DNA from: Takakia lepidozioides
Lineage: Eukaryota > Plantae > Bryophyta
Direction: 5' to 3'
Assembly: GCA_030704615.1 (NCBI GenBank)
Contig: CM060733.1
Location: forward strand, 21,762,001 to 21,826,000
DNA length: 64,000 bases
Each line of letters opens with the position of its first letter. The stretch's first letter is position 1. A model generated the notes under the pieces. It saw only the letters and a program-made list of their open reading frames with translations. It was not told the origin of the DNA and did no database searches. The position numbers and the translations under genes are program-made. Shown one piece after another: positions 49,478 to 62,200 of the stretch.

Positions 49478-49970
49478 TGGAATTAATACTCGTACATATT
49501 TCAAATTGGTTTATACTTTTGAGCTCTTAAACCCTTGAGATTTTGAAGATTGGACTGAAAGACGACAAAATTGATCTTCTGTAAACTCACCTGTGAGCAT
49601 CAGTACTAAATTTCTCTTATATATAGTTGGTTTGGAAACAAATTTAAGTGTATACTGAAGTTGGTATATGAGTGTTATCACATATGCTTGTGGGCAGAGA
49701 CTGTAGGCAGAGATAAATGGGCATTAATGAACTTGAGGATCTCCATATAACTCTAATGAAAATAGCTTGGAGGAGGAGGAGTTAATGATTTCTTTGACTA
49801 TGTTGTTGACAATTTTTCCTTTGCTGAATTTGATGTAGTTGTTTTGTTGTCGAAACAGTTTAGCAATAACTTTTAAAAGTAGGTATTGTCAATATTCAAG
49901 GTGTAGGAAGTTGGACAAAACACGATTGTTCGTTTACTATTTTGTATAGTTTGAGATTAGAGGGGGAAAT
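49478..49970. repeat. Dispersed direct repeat; second copy at ~53224-53690 plus ~55380-55435, split by an insertion
   Basis: TTGGAATTAATACTC..TTATACTTTTGAGCTCTTAAACC..TTTGACTATGTTGTTGACAATT..TGTATAGTTTGAGATTAGAGGGGGAAA. Confidence 0.88.
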
Positions 49971-52900
49971 TACACCTTGTTTTTTATTCACACTATACGA
50001 AAGAGCTTCTAAGAGTGGAACTCCCGAAGAATGTGACGTTTTAGCTTGGTGTACGATTGCATTGTTGACTAAGGCTAGAACATGCTTATTAAGCTATTGG
50101 GGTCATTGCTACCACAACCAATTAGGTCAGTGCTTTGTAGATTTTTTATTTGGCTTCTGTTTATTCTAAGTTGTGGCCACATAGTATATGATCTCGAACT
50201 GCAAGTGTTGAAGCCTTTAGCTAACCATGGAAGCAATTGTTTGTAGGCATATTTCAGCTCAACGACAAGGTGACAAAGAAAGAACGGCTGCGAAGCATAG
50301 TTTCGAAGATATCAATGTCTACAAGAATTCGATACATGTAGGGTGTTGATCCATTACTGTAGAACTCTTAGAGTCCCCATTTTGTGAAATAGATTGGTAG
50401 AAGATATACATTTTTTGAGAAATCTTACATGCACATTTGTACAACAAGTGGATTACGTACCCAAAATTTCCACGATATGTAGAAATGTAGACTAAGACAC
50501 TCTTTTGGATCAATGAGCATTTGGATGCGGTCGGACTATAACAATGTCATTCAACACTAGGCGGTGGTGCAAGGTATTCATCATAATATCATCACGCCAA
50601 TTTGTCGATTTTTTTTTTTATGGAAGTCAAGGTAGCAGTAAATCAGGTCGGATGGTCTAGGGAAGCCAATGTGGAGGATCTTGTCAATGAGATAAAATCA
50701 CTCTTGCAGCAGTAAGATAGACCTGAGCAGGGGAGGGATCTAAGTTATGAGTTTTAGTGTGGTCGCAATCGAGTGGGGTACTTAGGCGTGCTATGTCACC
50801 TTATCTTCATTGTACCTCCGTGCGAACGTTGCATTTGCTAGTTTTATTATTAGGGTTTCCTTTCAGAAGTATCTTGTACGGCGCATTTGTACGCCGCACC
50901 TAAGCTGACAGAAGCAGAAGAAAGAAGAGAACGAGTGAGTATTGACTACTGACTTCAAGAGACGAGAGGTGGATCACATTGAATTGCAAGACCACCTTGA
51001 GCTCGTGGGGAGGGTATCACGCTACATAGCAGCCCTTCCATGACAGTTTTAAGCAATTGACACGTCCATGCAATATTTGTCTTCGTGAGTGAATCCTACA
51101 CAAGCTCAAGGACTCGACAGGGCTTGACCCGCACTGTTTGTTCTCATGAATCATGTGGCAGAATTTGTATGACTGTCTTACGAGAGGAATGGAATGGAAA
51201 GTTGTGCATATCTGCTATACAGGGTTTGAGATGATATAAGGCTCATGCATTGGAAAGCAATTGGTTATATCCTGGATTGTTTTAGATCTGTACCAGATGA
51301 ACTATCAAACATGGTGTCTGGAATTTGGCTACATGAATCCTCCCGCCCACGACGTCTGTCCCTATTAAGAATTTGTTGAATGTCAATGCTCATGAAAGTT
51401 TGATCAGTGTACAATGAAATTGGAGTTCACAATATTCTCTCTAAATTACAACTTGCGGCTGTCTTATCATTCCAATACCATGAGGAAAAATTCCGATTGT
51501 GTCCGTCTCGCTTCTCGATATTTGTCATAACCCCGTCCGAAGTTTTTCCTGGTCTAGAGTACAAGATCGGACATATATTAAAGACTAAAAGCATGATGGT
51601 TAAAGTAATTACTGCGGATACGAGTCAAGTAGTCATTCCCGCGAGGCACAAATAACCAGATCCATTCTACATCGTTATAAAGCTCTAGCTCAGCAAATTA
51701 TACACCGTAAGACAGAAGTTTGTACCTGCAACAAGCAAATGACTAGGTGACTTAGTGACCTGACAGCCATTTCATTTCTACATAGGCCTCATCCTCAAAC
51801 ATAATGCATGTGACCTGACATGGCTCCATCCAACCGTTGATATATCCCCATCAAGGCTAAGGACCAGCCGAGAAGCAGGAAGTTCATAAGGAAAAACGCC
51901 TCGGAATCTCCACGCCGCTCTCAGACTACCACCCTGTGTGTCCATCATCTTCCACAGATGTGAAGAGAAAACTCAAACGGGGCTAAGAAGCTGTGAAAGC
52001 TGAGGTTTGGGGTCGGTTTGCATCCCAACCAAGATGATGAGAGGGATGAAGCCATAGTGTGTCAAAGTTTTGGCCTTCTTCAGTAACCAAGTAGGCCACT
52101 CCTTGAATGCCCTCGATACCGCGCTCCCCTTCCCTGCAAGCATTTTGCAGCCTTCCTCTCCCTCTCTGTCTCTCGGTGGCTCTGTTCAACCGCTGGGACG
52201 CACGACCTAAACCGACGTCAGGAGGATGAGGGTTTCAATCCTGGAAACCAATTGGGCACAAATTCTAACCGTCGTGAAAAGTTTCCCTGCCCATGCCTTA
52301 TTAGGGTTTCTCAGGCCGTAACTCTGTCACGTGTTCCACAAAGGGTTACCTAGTACCTACCTGCCCTTGTGATGGCAACCGTGCGTCGAATGCCTAGCAT
52401 GATTTCATGGGCATCCATGTATCATCCAAATGGGTAAAAATTGACGACTCCTAGGGGCCCGCAACGGTAGTTTTTTTTAAATGAATTAAAAGGGGAGGAA
52501 GCCCTGTAAATCTAAAAGATGGCAATGTTTGCTGGAAAACAAATAAACGAGGAAAAACATTAATAAAGTTAAAATAAAGTGTGTTTAACTGTATTGGGTC
52601 GCTGCGACACCTGCATCGGATGCTGTCGGATGGGGATGAAATCTGAACAAAAATTGGTGTTCCATGGTAACGTAAAGAATTTTCAAAAAAACTTCTTTGT
52701 ATTTTGATGGTGCATACCACACGTAAAGGAACCCTCCTAAATTGTATCTCACAAGTGAGTTACAGAACTCATTTTTTTCTTTTTTTAAAGGCCAAAAATA
52801 TGCTGAAAATGTAATAATGAGAATAATAACCTGTAATACAAGGCCTATTGTTGTGGACGCAAACTCTTCTAAATGCAAATTCACGTAGGCGGCCAGGGAC

Positions 52901-53690
52901 CAAACACATGACAGGCCACGGAGGCTGAGAAAGGGGACAATGCCCCTAACCACGTACCTGACAGTGGGTTACATTTTGTAACCACACTCCAAATGTATAT
53001 ATTGTTTTTCTTTTAGATTTTTAAAAAAAAATCTGTGTAGCAAAATTTCTTTCCATTCAATTTTTTATCACGACGAATAAGTTTGGGTCACAAATCTGCT
53101 TAGGGAGAGCTTATAGTAAAGTGTGATGCTTATCAACAATTTGTTGATAAGCTAAAAAAGGACCTGATAAAATCTTGCCACGTGGCAAAGAAGAACGCAA
53201 TTTTTCTACAAATTTCTTTAGGTTGGAATTAATACTCATACAAATGTCAAATTGGCTTATACTTTTGAGCTCTTAAACCATGGAGATTTTGAAAATTAGA
53301 CTGAAAGACGATATAATTTATTTTCTGCAAACTCAGCTATGAGCAGCAGTATTAAATTTCTCTTATATAAAGCTGGTTTGGTTTATATAGAGCAGTTTTT
53401 ATGAGTGTTGAATATATGAGTACATACTCAAGTTGGTATATGAGTGTTGTCATATATGGGCAAAGATAAATGAGCATTTTTAATGAACTTGAGGATATTC
53501 ATATAACTCTAATGAAATTAGCTTGGAGGACGAGGAGTTAATGATTTGTTTGACTATGTTGTTGACAATTGATTCTTTGTTGAATTTGATGTAGTTGTTT
53601 TGTTGTCCAAGTAGTTTAGCAAAACTTTTAAAGGTATGATTTGTCAGCATTCATAGTGCAAGAAGTTAGACAGAACAAGGGATTGCTTAA

Positions 53691-55365
53691 CCGTGAGCAG
53701 AATTCTGCTCACGCTTCAAGATCTTGTCGCCTGTAACCGCGGATGCCTATTCGACTGATAACACCTATTACTGTGTAGACTGGTTATAATTACAAGCTCG
53801 GGTATGGATGCTGCTTGGATGAATGAAGGATGAATGGAGGTTGAATGTTGGTATTACGAATGACACATGGATGAATGAAATAAATATAGTGCAGTGTATT
53901 CTAAAGTATGTTGGCAACAATGAATCCACATTGTTGAATTGATTGAGGAGGGGTATGGATGGTTGATAGTGAGGCTCTTACCCAATTGGAAAGAAGGCAT
54001 AGAGGTGAATTGGTGCTTCATAAATAAACGTTCCAAAACATGCGATTCATTCCGACAAAGAAAATCCACTGCTATAGGAGCTATTGTTAAAAAAAAAGGC
54101 ATAACTGTCTACAAAGACGCTAGCCCTGCTCTTCAGAAAACTATGTCTGTTGTGAAGCACAGAAGGGGGAGATGCTTGTAGATTATATTCCGAAGCCGCA
54201 ACCTCCGCATAAGATGACAAATAAAAATTTGTTGGAGGACTTGGGAAAAAATCCGGGCTGGCAAAGAAAGGTAGAAATCGTGGTGTATTGGGACTCTTGC
54301 ATTCATACACCAATGAGTAAACTTTGTCCGCATGCCAAACGAGTGCACCAAAGATGAATATGAAAACGATGCGTCCTGGGGTCAACGATCATCCTGGGGT
54401 CAACAATCGTACACCAATGAGCAAACTTCTGGTCACCTGGAAGAAGGACATGACAACGAATCATAAGTTATGTAGTTCGAGCAATTTGTCGATGCCATTC
54501 ATCCCATTTGACGACACCTTAATCTGACACATTGGGGGAAAAAAAAATAAAAAATAAAAATAAAAAATTGGTCTGTTGGGTTCAATTCTCATGTTCGGAT
54601 AGGGCAGTGAATTAAGGTATCGTTGATGATACCTTAATCCCCAGCCCCTGTACACACATGCTTACCGCTAAGGCATGTGTTCCATCTTCAATAACATCTA
54701 ATTTGTCACTTTTCGGGGATTGTTTTTTATTTTTTTTCCTGTTGGGTTCAATTCTCAGGTTGGTACAGGGCTGGGAATTAAGATGTCGTTGACGACACCT
54801 TAATCTGCAGCCCCTCCACACACTCACTTACCGGTAATGCATATGCTCCCTGGGTTGAAATGTCATGTGCCCCTGTTCGGAATTGAGCTACCGTTGAGGG
54901 CACCTTTAGGCTTCCCTGTACAAAAATGAACCCCCCCTATGGTTTTATCGTGGGCTGACATGTGCTGAGATGGGCTGCGAGTTAAGCTGTCGTTGACGAC
55001 AGCTTAATGCCTTCTTCCCTGTGCATGCTCATCCCTGATGATATATGTTGTTGCTGTCATCCATGGTTTACTCGTCTGGGCAAATTTTCATCCGATAATT
55101 TTCTAGCGTTCATCCATTCCCATTTGCGTTCATCCCACATACATTCATCTGAAACCTTTTTCATCGCATTTTCGTGCCACATTGTCGTCATAGAGCATGT
55201 TTGTCTTCGATTCGATCGAACGGACATTGTGTGCTTGGAGTGGAGTTCGCGTCCACGACTATAGGCCCACTTGTTCCCTCGGTTTTGGGGTTCGCATCAG
55301 CAGTCTGCTCACGCTTTCAATCTGCTCACGCATCAAGGTATCTGCTCACAGGTTCTGCTCACGCC
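53691..55365. mobile_element. Non-autonomous TIR element with CGTGAGCAGAA / TTCTGCTCACG ends and an internal palindrome array
   Basis: Perfect palindrome CGTGAGCAGAATTCTGCTCACG at 53692-53713; four CTGCTCAC motifs at 55305-55363; it interrupts the repeat that is intact at 49.5-50.0 kb. Confidence 0.7.
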
Positions 55366-56549
55366 TTAGCTGCCCTCGACATAACATGATTTTTCCCTCT
55401 ACTGTTATGTATAGTTTGAGATTAGAGGGGGAAACATCTTGTTCTTTGCAAAGGCTGCCTAGTGTTGGCCAGAAGAATGTAGTTGAGGATCAGAAAAGCT
55501 TAGTTGCAAGCCCTTATGAGGATGGGCTCCATCTTTCAGCAATTTAGAGCTTGTACCTTTCGCCTTCTGTCAATGGAAGATAAGTAGCCAAAAATCCTAA
55601 GAAAAATCAAGAATAGCTAATGATCGTGAGCTAATGATGATGTACGAGTAAATCTCCTTCAACTGATATACTCCCAACTGATATAGAATGTTTTAACTAT
55701 TTATTGGCATTTTTTTAATCCCCCACCGAAAATTCTCTAATGAACTAGTTTTTGTGGCATGTTCATAGATAATTGATGGCACTTATTCACCGACCCAACA
55801 TTCAACAATCCTCTGAGTTGATGGCAGCTCCGGACGAAGACATATGCTGAGAAGTGCAATTTGCGAACATCGAGAGAAACAATAAGACGTAGCAATCACT
55901 AGGACTCTCAACAAGACAAGTTGCTGCAGCGAGGATTGCTGATGGCTCTGTAGTGAACTAAGCTGCAGTCTCATGTGCACTGAAACCCTGCAGATGGCCG
56001 GTCCACCATTTCCCCCATTTCCCCGCATTTTCCGCAAATGCTATCCTCCGTCCTCCCTAGCAGCCCCACACACACATGACATGCCATAATAGTATGATGA
56101 TCTTGTGGAGCCACACCTTGGGTTCCTCATCCAAATGCAAGTCATCCCCACTCTGAATCCTTGTTTTCTGCTCCAATAATTCTTTTCCACTCAATGCTTT
56201 GTGAAATAAATCATTAGCATTTAGATATGCTTCAATCACCTTTATGAATCCCATTCCACTTGGTTTGGATGAATTCGGTTTGGGAATAGAGTTCATTTGA
56301 GCATCAATGTGTACCCCTAGAATCGTCGCATAATAAGTTAGCAACAAACATCCTCACAACGCGTTCCGATCAATGCGATTCTCATTCGCGCGCGATGCTC
56401 GCAGCGACGCCACGTTCACATTCTCGCACCCGCAACGGTTATGCCCTCCTCCACGTTCCGTGTTCAAACTCTCACCGGACTCACTACTCACTACCACTCA
56501 CAAAGGCTGGCCAGGGCCGGCGACGAGCGACCTGGAACAGGCGGTGAGT

Positions 56550-56950
56550 CATGGCAGCACGTGCTGCACCGCGTGCCATTGGCGATGCATCCCCGGCTCC
56601 CCAGTCCGTTCGATGGGTCACGAGCGGGCGGCAGAGATGCGACCGTGTGTGGCAGCAAAGGAAGGCGCGTGAAATATCGGGGACGATTTACACGTGGGAT
56701 CTGTCACAGCCAATTGGGAGGCGCCGCGTATGCCCGCTCGCGCTATATTATTGTATTGTCATTGGACCACGCCGCACGTTCTGCGCCTGCCATAGGCCCG
56801 CTGCCTTTTTACCCTCCCTAGTTTTGCCAGTATCTCGTAGTTTCGCCATTATTATGACTCATGGACTTTGCTAGGTTCTGGACGACTCGGGAGGTCTTTG
56901 GGAGTGAATGTGAGAGCGCGGCGATAGACCAAGGCGCCAATAAATAGCCA
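56550..56950 (+). promoter_or_regulatory. Probable ERD15 promoter with G-box/ABRE elements
   Basis: CACGTG at ~56558, ACACGTGG at 56690, CCAAT at ~56710 and ~56937, TATA-like CTATATTA at ~56743; GC-rich. Confidence 0.5.
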
Positions 56951-57401
56951 AAGTAGATGTGAAAATGGAAGGAGTGTTGACGTGTTGACCGGGGTGGAGG
57001 AGCGGGTAGACCGGGGGCGCTGTTTTTACCGGTGGTAGGCGGTCAGAATCGCACCGCGGTCGCAGAAGGGGCAGCGGGTCAGCGTCGTCTGATAAGAAGT
57101 CTTTTGCCCCTTGTTAGTCTCGCAGACCGCCCTCTCTCGGATGTCAAGATTGCTAGCGTTGGTTTTGTTTATCTCGGACTGTGAGGATTCTTCCCCTCTG
57201 CGAGTTTCTGATACGATAAGTGTGTGGAGCGAGCATCTGTGCATCTGTGGAGGTTGAGCAGGGAGTGTTTTGTGTTGTGACGTTCTGCGAGAGTCGAGAA
57301 AGTCGCTAAGGTTGCTTCATTTGCGTTGTGAAGGTTTTTCATTATCTGTTGAGATCGACGGCTACCTTGTCTATGTACCTTGGTGGTGAAATTGCATGAC
57401 C

Positions 57402-58012
57402 ATGGCCGTGAAGAGTCCCATTGCGTCGGCATTGAATCCCAATGCGCCTCTCTTTGTTCCCGCAGCGTATCTTGCGGCAGAGGACTTTTCGCCTGAATGG
57501 TGGAGTCTAGTCCAGACATGTCCTGCATTCCGAGATTACTGGATGAGAGAAAGGTTCGATTGCTTTGAGGAGGAAGACACCTTTGATGCCGACCTGCATG
57601 AGTTTGACGAGATTGACGAGTTTATGGACCTGCAGGAAAATCTTCTGGAAATGGAGGCTGCGCAGCATTCGTTGCACTTCAGCGACGACAATGGTAGGTT
57701 TCCTGACATCCTCCCTTGTGCCGAAGCAGAATGTGTGATAGTTGTCGTTTCCTTCTCTGCTACTGTGACCCGATCCGTCTGTTATGGCCTTTCTGCGCAG
57801 CTGACTCTCTTTCGTTCCGTTTTGAGTCTGCAGGCGTCCGCTCTGAGGATGACGAGGGCCTGAACGCCAACAATTGTAAGGAACTCAAGAAGCAGCAGGC
57901 GTCCCTTTTTGAGCCTCCGTTGAGGTATCATGACAAGATTCCAAGCAAGGCTGCCAGTTCCCCTAGGAAGGGGGCCATACGCCGCATCCAGCAGCCACGT
58001 AACAATGTCTGA
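57402..58012 (+). CDS. ERD15: ERD15-like PAM2-motif poly(A)-binding-protein-interacting protein
   Basis: Exons 57402-57693 and 57834-58012. PAM2 [33 protein letters not shown], acidic middle, C-terminal RRIQQPR. An in-frame ATG also lies at 57396. Confidence 0.93.
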
Positions 58013-59296
58013 CGTCGGAAGTAGCGGGTATGCTACCCGGGTACTTGTGAACTTCTATGCTGAAGACTTGTTACGTGAGCAAGACTGCCGCATGTCTCAA
58101 GTCTCCATTCTGTGTAGTTTCAGTCGAATTGCTCTGTAAATTTTTCCAGACTGTAGTCTCGGGGTACTCAGTTGTACATTGTTGTAAACTCTGGGATTGC
58201 AGTGTACCCTTCCATCTTTAAATGAAATTTGTACGATTTGTTTCTTCTTTCCACTAGGTGACTTTGTCTTCGGCCAGATTTGTCCTTGGAGCGGCTGGAA
58301 GGCCTGTATCTATGTTGTTAACCGCTGGAATGGCCAACATAGTTCGATGTCAGCCAATGTGTCATGTCTCTGGTTCTCGTTGTGCTCCTGATACTTCATA
58401 CTGTGTAGGATGTCAGTTGCGGACCGTGTAATGCTGTTACTGAAAGAAGAGTTAGTAGTCTTTTGGACAAACTTCAGGTTCAGGTTTAATTTTTCACGTT
58501 CTAATTCTCAGGATCCTGTTCTGAAATACATCCCACACCAGGACCCTGAACGAGAGAGTTGTCAGATGAAGTGGCACCAGATTCCGCAAGGCATGACTGT
58601 GATTCACCATGTGCTTATATCTAGTTTGGAGATGGTCTCTCGAAGTTCCGAAGAGCATAAAAACAACTCCATAAAGCAATCCTTTCAAATTTAAGTATAT
58701 GAATGTATGGTCACAATTTTACTTGTCCACATTTGCAAGGTTCTTCAAAGATGATGGTATTCAACATGGCATAGCAAGTAGGAAAGGTTGTAGAAAGGTT
58801 CAACCAGTCTGCATGCTTGGATTTGATGCAGATCGACTGATAGCTATTAATTTATCAGGTTTCTAAGTTAGCTGCAGCTTGTTCGCAAATTCCCTGCTGT
58901 GAATTGTCCAGTGTAAGTCTGAGGTTCCAGGACCTGTCAGCTGTCCTGGGTGTTTTCATGTACACCTTTAAGATAAGTGCTTTTCAAACCCAAAACCCAA
59001 AAAAGAAGTCAGTACGCACTAGAGCAGCAAATGCAGTGGCCAACCTGCCAAAGCAGAGAAACACGAGGAGAGCAATTTATACAATGAAATGGTCTAAAGT
59101 ACAAGTATAAGCAATCCCCATTTTTAGCTGACTATGTACTGAGAGAAAGCTGTAAACATAGCTTGCATTATCAGAGACATGGATGAGTGTGGGCACCCGA
59201 TAAATTAGAATGGACCCTATGACCACTCTAGAAGGGACCTTAGTGTGTGTTTACGTGACCAACCTACATAGACTAAATTATATAACAAGGATCTCC

Positions 59297-62200
59297 CTAG
59301 AAGCTAGCCTTCAACAACTTAGGCCGAGCAGATAGGTCTATTTCACTAAAAGGCTGCTCTTGCTCCACATGAATGTAGTCCTTTGTCTTCAACACCTGTG
59401 TCCATATTTCTAGGTTAGAACACTCTAAAACATAAGAATTGTTACACTGGCAAGCATTTCTCGTCCTGCTACTGTAGACACAGAGTTTTCTGAAATTCCC
59501 ATGGTTCGATGTCTGTGAAGGTTTTTGGTCAGAAGGGTCATACTAATTGAACAGATACTCCAGAAATACACCACAACAGCTCAACATTGAGTCACAAAGC
59601 TTGTAGACCAAGAAAAGGGGTGCATACCAAGGTCTCAAAAAACATGCGTGCAGCTTCCCTTTTTGACTTGCCCCTAAGCATGTGATCCAGGCCCAACTTG
59701 GGCTGATCATCCTTCTCTTCTCTCCTTGCATCTGCCTCCATGGTTTCAAATGTTCCCTGCAGATATCGGCCTACAGCCCTGCATTTACACCACATTCAGT
59801 ATATGCTATTATCCATATACTGCTTGCTTTTCAGACCACCACTGTGAGAGCTTCTTATCCCATAGAGGGACAAGGTCTTCAAAGGATTTCAAGCCCACAT
59901 TCAGTATGTTTAGGCCATAGGGGCCTAAACAGGGGCCTACACACTCTTTGTGGCTGGACTGGCCGAAGAAGCCAACCTCTATGCAGATTTGGATCCAGTT
60001 TCAACTCAACATGGCCTACAAGCTCCCATTTCAACTATTCATAAAGATCCTACTGGACTGCGACTTGCAGACATCACACACCCCACCAAATCCTACTTAG
60101 CAAAACAGAAATCTTGTTTAACCTGGTGCGAGCCGACCACCCGCTGAAACCCTGTACCATCGATTCCTTGGGCGCATACTCAGTACCATCCAAATACTCT
60201 TCCGCCTCTTCGTACAAATCATCATCATCTTGGGCAAGAAACACTGGGATTCCAAGGATGATTTGAGCGTCAGTAGACATACACAGGCATCACATCTGTC
60301 TAACTTCCTTTCCCATCTCTCTTAAATTTGGTGTCAAAATAATTCTTGGTGAAATGCATTTGAGTAAACTTTATGCAAGAGCAACTTTCCATGGCAGATA
60401 AGCGGGGCTGAACATAGACATAAACGTTGTAAAAATGCTCTCAGAGCCTGCCTGGAAGCCAGATTTGGCAGTTCAACTCAGGGGATTTGTAGTAAGCACA
60501 GACAGATGCACACCTACAAAGCCAAAGAGCCAAAAAATCAGCATACACAGTACCTGTATGTGACTCTTCGAGGAAGCCAAGACCCTGTTCAATACAACTT
60601 ATGTGTAAGAGAAATGATTTGTGCCACCTGATGGTTGACAATATTGCACTAACTCACCTCCATTGTCCTCGACCCTACCTGCCCACTTCAGTTGAAACAC
60701 CCAAGAAAAAATTGCTGTTCTAGTGTTTGTTCAACTGAACCAATGGGCCCTCTGGGCCTTCTCTGGGAGGACAATTTTCTCTCAGTACCATTTCATTTCA
60801 TTGAGCTTTCATGCTTTCTCTTGTACCATAGTCTTTGAACTATCCACGGACCTTATGAAGTATCATTTCATTTCCTTCCTATCGTGCTCAATCTGTCTTT
60901 CGTTCTCACTAGACTGAAATTTATACTCAGGGCAGGAAGCCTACCTTTGAACAGCAAACAGAAGCAGAGAGGAAAGGGAGAGTGCAAGTGCCTGTTGTGT
61001 GGGCAACCTGAAGACAATATTCATACCTCTGTTTACCAACTTCGAAAGTCTCAAGGCTGAGCCAAAAGCCCTGGCCCTTTTGGGGCCTAGTTATCGGGCA
61101 AACCACACACAGCAGGTTGATGCTTGTGTAAAGGGGATTTCTAGAGGATATCTGGACAACCCAGATCAATTTTTTATGTCTTACTACCGGCGTTGGCCCC
61201 TGACAAAGGTATGTTCCGTCCCTTTGTGTTCCGCTCAAACTGGGGCGGGGTCAATGGCCACAAGGCTATGACAAACAACTTCTTATGAGTACATTCCGTC
61301 TTTCGTTCGTTCCCTCCATCTATGCTTAGATAAGACATGTGACTTACACGGTGATCATCAATCACACAACAATAATTTGACACACCTTAGTTATTTCTCC
61401 TATCACCAGAGAGCTTACCAACCCAAACCTGATCCTTATTGAGTGCAGAGCAGAAAGACTGGCACAATTCACCTCATTAGTGGGCTGCTCGCCTCCAGCT
61501 GGCAAAACGGCTTCTTCATCTTTCATCACAGCAGCTGTTGTTCCTTCCCCAGGCACCAATTCCTCCACCTCTGCATCTGGTTCTATGGCTGTCACCTCAT
61601 CTACTTCATCGTCCTTTACAACAGTGGCCATGTCACCCTGCACCTCAGTCAGCACCTCAGGTCCGCCTGTTGGAAGTTCTTCATGGATAGGGGGCAGTTC
61701 ATCCATGTCTGTGGCTACAGCTCCCACTGTTACTGCGTCTGCCTCTAGTGGCACCTCTATTTCAGCAGGCGTTTGTACAGGGGAAAGGGCTGCCAAAGGC
61801 TCCAGCTCAGTGCCTTCCACCTCGTTCTCCTTGCTCATCATTGCTGTTAACAGGAAAGCAGTAACATGGGCTTAGTATTACCAATAGTTGCTGTTTCAAA
61901 AGAATACAGACACAGATACAACCTACGGCCTTGGTTGACATGTTCTGAAGTCTATATAGAGCAAAAGTGTGCTTGGATGTGAAAGAAATCACTGCATGTC
62001 ATCCCTGTCTGTTGACCATGCTACAGCTTAAACTGCATTAGAAACAAGTTGTCAGAGTTGCACCCACCTTCCTCTGCAACAGTGCCAACAACCACAGGAA
62101 CCTCCTCACTGAATTCCGCAGCAACCTGCTCTTCTGAATCCACAGCAACTTCCTTGCCCAATTTCTTTTCAGCTGCATCCACATCCTCCTTCACATCTTC

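Noticed and set aside
56057-56347. 96-aa minus-strand ORF upstream of ERD15
   Set aside because: Non-ATG start, and no recognisable motif or exon structure.
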